Notes under the pieces: generated by a model | Databases searched by the model: none | Told to the model about the DNA's origin: nothing | The model's input: the letters and a program-made list of their open reading frames with translations, nothing else | Shown: positions 58,208 through 64,000 of the stretch, piece after piece | Layout: every line of letters starts with the position of its first letter | Position numbering within the stretch: position 1 is the first letter of the stretch | Source of the DNA: Octopus vulgaris | Lineage: Eukaryota | Assembly (NCBI GenBank): GCA_951406725.2 | Contig: OX597825.1 | Coordinates: 18,910,001-18,974,000, forward strand | Length of the DNA stretch: 64,000 nucleotides | Direction of reading: 5' to 3' | Translations under genes and position numbers: made by a program

Positions 58208-58437
58208 ATTAATGAAATTAGTGTAAAGAATTTAATGAAGCGAACAATGTATATCTAACTTTCTATAATTCTACTGTGGATAAAAACCTTATTAAGCCAA
58301 TGAGCGTACAAGATTGTACACAGGTGATCATAAAGATATAAAAATTCCTAGATGAATTTTCCCGCCGATATTTCATTTTATATAGAGAGTTCTGCATATT
58401 GCTCAGTATTTCAATTGGTCAGAAGCATGTCTGTAAT

Positions 58438-58732
58438 TGGAGGCGAAATGGCCCAGTGGTTAGGGCAGCGGACTCACAGTCGGAGGATCGTGGTTTCGAT
58501 TCCCAGACCGAGCGTTGTGCGAAAACACCTAAAGCTCTACAAGACTCCGGCAGGGGCTAGTGGCGACCCCTGTTCTACTCTTTCGCCCCAACATTCTCTC
58601 ACTCTTTCTCCCTGTTTCTTCAGTAACGCTGCGATGGACTGCCGTCCCGTCCAGCTGGGAGGGAACACCTACGCCATAGAAACCGGGAAACCGGGCCCAT
58701 GAGCCTGGCTATGCTTGAAAAGGGCGCATAAA
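58438..58732 (+). mobile_element. SINE group C (head H1, tail T2)
   Basis: tggaggcgaaatggcccagtggttagggcagcggac...cttgaaaagggcgcat. Confidence 0.87.
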
Positions 58733-59160
58733 TAAATAAAATAATGTTTGTAATTATTTCCTGTTTTGGGCGAAATGATTTTAAACAAATTTTGTTTGTC
58801 TTCACCGCATAGTTATTTGCAGATTGCTTTAAGACTTTCCAGCATAAGAAACACAATGCTCAACATTATAACTAACTTAACGATTTTTAACTTTAAACTA
58901 CATTTGCTTACTTCAGAGATGTCTGCTAAAACGTTCTAAGTTAATGCAGTCGTTTGTAATAAGCAACTGAATTTGCATTCAAGTATTCGATTAGCAAACT
59001 CACTAATTACACATACTAAAATCTAACAACCATGTGATTGACGGAGTACAAGATTTAACAAATACAGACGCATAGAATTAATTCGGTTCACAACCCGACT
59101 CAATAGCGGCAGTAACATTACTGCTGCTACACGGATTTTAGTATCAGCAGAAGTAGTTTC

Positions 59161-60462
59161 AGGCGGCGAGCTGGCAGAAACGTTAGCACACCGGGCGAAG
59201 TGCTTAGCGGTATTCGGTCTGCCGCTGCGTTCTGAGTTCAAATTCCGCCGAGGTCGACTTTGCCTTTCATCCTTTCGGGGTCGATAAATTAAGTACCAGT
59301 TACGCACTGGGGTCGATACAATTGACTTAATCCGTTTTTCTGTCCTTGTTTGTCCCCTCTATGTGTAGCCCCTTGTGGGCAGTAAAGAAATAAGTATTTC
59401 GTCTGTATTTACGTTCTGAGATCAATCCGCCGAGGTCGACTTTGCCTTTCATCCTTTCGGGGTCGATTAAATAAGTACCAGTCACGCACTGGTGTCAATA
59501 TAATCGACTTAATCCGTTTGTCTGTCCTTGTTTGTCCTCTCTGTGTTTAGCCTATTGTGGGTTGTAAAGAAATAGGTATTTCGTCTGTATTTACGTTCTG
59601 AGTTCAAATTCCGCTGAGGTCGACTTTGCTTTTCATTCTTTCGGGTTCGATAAATTCAGTAGCAGTTGAGTACTGGGGTCGATCTAATCGACTGGCCCCC
59701 TCCCCTAAAAATTTCAGGCTTTGTGCCTAGAGTAGAAAAGCAACATTACTTCTACTACACGGATTTCAGTATTAGCGAAGTTGTTTCAGGCATTGATCTG
59801 GTAGAATGGTTAGCACGCCGGGCAAAATTCTTGGCGGCATTTCGTCTGCCTTTACGTTTTGAGTTCAAATTCCGGTGCAGTCGACATCACCTTTTATCCT
59901 TCCGGGCTCGATGAAATAAGTACGTCTTGGGCCAGGTTAGATGTAATCGACTTAATCCTCGCCAGATATTGCTGGCCTTTTACCAAAATATTAAATCAAT
60001 ATCAGTGTAAGTAATTAAAAGCGACGTACTGGCAGAATCGTTAGAACATCGGTTTAAATACTTAGCAGCATATCGTCCCTCCTAACGTTTTGAGTTCAAT
60101 TTCCGCCGGGGTCGATTTTTGTCCTTCATTCTTTCGGAATCGATGAAATAAGTACCAGTTGAATACTGGCGTCAATATAATCGACAAAAAGTTTCCCGGA
60201 AATTGCTGACCCTGTGCCAAAATTTGAAATCAGTATTAGTAACAAGCAGTTTCAGGCGGTGAACTAGCTGAATCGGGTAAAATGCTTAGTGGCGATTTGT
60301 CCGTGGCTATTTGTACGTTCTGAGTTCAAATATCACCTTGGTCGATTTTGACTTTCACTCTTTTGAGGTCAACAAAATAAGTACCAGTTGAACACTGGGA
60401 TCAGTTTGGTCATCTTAGCCCCTTTACAGAATGTTCAGGCCTTGTGCCAGAATTCGAAAACA
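59161..60462 (+). mobile_element. Head-to-tail array of four SINE family A units; the first has an internal triplication
   Basis: Heads at 59161, 59787, 60020, 60253; internal unit starts at 59209, 59393, 59575. Confidence 0.88.
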
Positions 60463-60618
60463 TTACTAGTTCAAGTAGTATGTCTTATCTGGTATAGAGA
60501 ATGTTTCATAACGTAAATTTATGGCAGAGAAATATTGTAGATGCAAACATACTATAGTGTTTAACACCCACAATCAACACCCGCATTTGTATATATTACA
60601 TGTGTATATTGTACAGAG

Positions 60619-60905
60619 TGGAGGCACATGGCCAAGTGGTTAGAGCAGCCGACTCGCGGTCGAGGGATCGCAGGTTCGAATCTCAGATCATGTGATGTTC
60701 GTGTGTTTATGAGCGAAACACCTAAGCTCCACGTGGCTCCGGCAGAAGGTAATGGCGAATTTCTGCTGACACTTTCGCCTCAACTTTCTCTCACTCTTTC
60801 CTCTTGCAGCTCACCTGCGACGGACTGGCGTCTCGTCCAGGTGGGGAACCTATACGCCAAGGAAACCGGGAAACCGGCCGTCATGAGCCAGGCGTGGCTC
60901 CAGAA
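60619..60905 (+). mobile_element. SINE group C (head H1, tail T3)
   Basis: Homologous to 13720-14012. Confidence 0.87.
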
Positions 60906-61533
60906 TGAACACAACATATTGTATAGAAAGTATGACTTTTCTCGCTAGTTGTGATTTACCAAAAGTTTGTCGCAATTTTTTTTGTAAATTCCTTATAGTT
61001 TGCTTGAAACTGAATTCCCTATATTCATCACCGACGGCACTAGGTCAACACGATTTCAACTCCTATATAAAATAAAGGTGGCATGTATTATTTTCGTTAT
61101 ATATCATGAATATCAGAAGGCCAGCGTGATCAACGTAAGCTGCAGCGTTAATATTAGATTTTACGTTAGATTCACGCGTCAATAGCGTGGAACATATTTT
61201 TGTTTATGATTACAAAATTATGTTTCCGTTTGTGTGTGTATATGTGTGTGTGGGTTCCTAGATCTATGCATCTGTATATGTGCGTGTGTAAAAACATGTG
61301 TGTTTATTTTAACAATGTGCAGTGATCTGATTATTGCTTCAAACATTCATCTTAAATTTTTCATGCGAAGCTATTCATAATCATTAGAAGTACTTTTTGC
61401 TAATTTCCTTTTATGATGTATGAGTGTCGGACGAAACACATTATTGTTTTTATTACAGGAACTTTATCTTCTGTGTTTATATACGCTTACGCATATATAT
61501 ATAACAAATAAAAGAGAAAAGAATTTATATATC

Positions 61534-62212
61534 TCTTTTACTCTTTTACTTGTTTCAGTCATTTAACTGTGGCCATGCTGGAGCACCGCCTTTAGTCGAG
61601 CAAATCGAGCCCAGGACTTATTCTTTGTAAGCCTGATATTTATTCTATCGGTCTCTTTTGTCGAACCTCTAAGTTAAGGGGAAGTAAACACACCAGCATC
61701 GGTGTGGTTGGCCCGAGGCTATAGTAGAAGGTGCCACGTAGTGGGACTGCACCCGGAACCATGTGGTTCATAAGCAAGATACTTACAAAACAGCCACTCC
61801 TACGCCTATAATATAATTTTTATTTTTTTATCCTTTTACTTGTTTCAGATTTGAGTGCGGCTATGCTGGAGCACCGCCTTGAAGGAATTTAATAGAACAA
61901 ATCGACACCAGGACTTACTTGTTTTAAGCATAGAACTTATTCTATAGCTTTATTGTGCTGAACCGCTAAGTGGGGGGCGTAAACACACGAACACAGGTTG
62001 TCAAGCAATGATGGGGGAGACGAACACAAAGACGCATACACACACACATATACGACAGGCTTCTTTTAGTTTCTTTCTATCAAATCCACTCACAAGTATT
62101 TGGTCGTCTCGAGGCTATAGTGCAATACACTTGACGAAGATGTCAAACTGTGGGATTGAACCGAGAAACAAGTGGTTCAAAAGCAAGCTCCTTATCACAC
62201 GACCCACCCCGT
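61534..62212 (-). mobile_element. Two tandem SINE family B copies (61534-61808 internally deleted; 61831-62212 diverged)
   Basis: Both begin ttttacttgtttcag...gctggagcaccgcctt. Confidence 0.85.
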
Positions 62213-62236
62213 ATATATATGTGTGTGTGTGTGTGT

Positions 62237-62562
62237 GAAGGCGAGTAGCTTAGTGGTTAGTGCATTTGGCTCACGATCGTATGGTCGTTAGTTCAATTAT
62301 CGGCGGCACGTATTGTCCTTGAGCAATATACTTTATTTCACGTTGCTCCAATCATCTCAGAAGACAAAAATGAGTAATACCTGTACTTCAAAGGGCCAGC
62401 CTTGTCACGCTCTGTGTCAAATTGAATCTCCCTGAAAAATACGTTAAGATTACTCGTGTCTCTGGAGTGTTTAGACATTTGCACTTTAATTTCATGAGCA
62501 AGCTGTTCCGTTGATCGTATCAGCTGGAACTCCGTCGTTGTAACCGATATGAATTGCTCCCC
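62237..62562 (+). mobile_element. SINE group C (head H2, tail T1)
   Basis: tagcttagtggttag...ttgagcaa...tttcacgttgctcca...aaaaatgagtaa-tacctgtacttcaaagggccagcc. Confidence 0.85.
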
Positions 62563-62566
62563 AAAA

Positions 62567-63118
<552 letters not shown>

Positions 63119-64000
63119 TTAATTAGTGGCACACTAATCAGTGTTGAATGAAATACGGGCAAGTGAGCGTATTTATGTATAGATTTTGTGTGTATGTCTG
63201 TTTGTGTGTATGTGAAAGAGAGAAAGTGAGACTGGGAGAGAGAGAGAGAGAGATAATTAGAGAGAAGTGTGAATGATTGTATTTGAAAGCATTATTCCGT
63301 TCAGTGCTTCCACTACTTCGCAATTATTTACACAATATCAACGATTTCCTAAAACATAATCAAAATATTGTTTATATGAATACAAGTTATATGTAGCTGT
63401 CATAATTTGAATACGCATTTTAAATTTGTACAAGTATATCTTTTGGGGTTTTTTTATATATTATTTTACTCACCATTATATATAGAAAAATCTTAGAACT
63501 GCAAAAAAAAAAATAATAAATAAATAAAAAACAGAAAAAAAATGCGCCATTTTCAGTCGACAGGATAGCCAGCTTTTCAGCCACTTCCTAGCGATAAAAT
63601 TGGTCAATGACTGAAGATGAACTGTCATCTTTAGAACTTTTATTAACTGTGATAAATTAATTTCAGTCATTGCACCTGATAGCATACACATCTTTCTCTT
63701 GATAAACGCCGCTTCCGAAAACAGCAACTACCGCCTGTGTTGTCATTTATTCAGAGCGATTATAATTCATAATAACATTACTATAGAACTATTGTCTTCC
63801 AATCTTTCGAAATCATCTCCAGGGTCCATTTATCTCTCGAACATAATCTATCAATGAGCATTGCGGATAATTCTAAAAAGCTATTAGGAGAGTAATAGAG
63901 CAACATTCCTGAGATTCACAAGGGAATATCTCAAATGACCTACAGTAGGCAGTTCACTCAGGATTAATGATATTTTCAGTGACATTAGTCATTGGTTACG

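Noticed and set aside
59161-60462. Repeat-spacer periodicity superficially like CRISPR or a tRNA gene cluster
   Set aside because: Units are ~230 bp SINE bodies found dispersed elsewhere; eukaryotic context, no cas genes, no complete cloverleafs
63540-64000. Repeat-free stretch with an 83-aa minus-strand ORF
   Set aside because: No motif or splice evidence; cannot be assigned from sequence alone

Overview
AT-rich, microsatellite-saturated, repeat-dominated eukaryotic DNA with no intact host protein-coding gene that I can support; it reads as intronic or intergenic. The repeat repertoire resembles octopus/coleoid cephalopod genomes (an inference from recalled repeat families, not a database hit). 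It holds three groups of tRNA-headed SINEs, 3' ends of restriction-like-endonuclease (R4/Dong-type) LINEs in (AAT)n, RTE and CR1-like LINE scraps, decayed mariner/Tc1 transposases, several MITEs and two non-autonomous Helitron-like elements. Nearly all ORFs in the supplied track are microsatellite read-throughs. The main hidden signal is a set of type I hammerhead-ribozyme motifs with palindromic minimal helix III, in short elements mostly next to (TA)n tracts: one fully canonical at 28339-28439, variants at 24915, 26274, 34485 and 62661, and a deleted remnant at 10206. One lies beside a Penelope-like ORF fragment. Other points: a palindromic double-tRNA-head element, a defined ~560 bp non-coding (AAT)n-targeting retroposon travelling with Dong-type LINEs, a complete 2 x 3 head/tail SINE module shuffle, a tandem SINE array, a ~300 bp near-perfect hairpin and a candidate 17-nt microexon. 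All structures were read by eye; element boundaries are approximate unless stated exactly.
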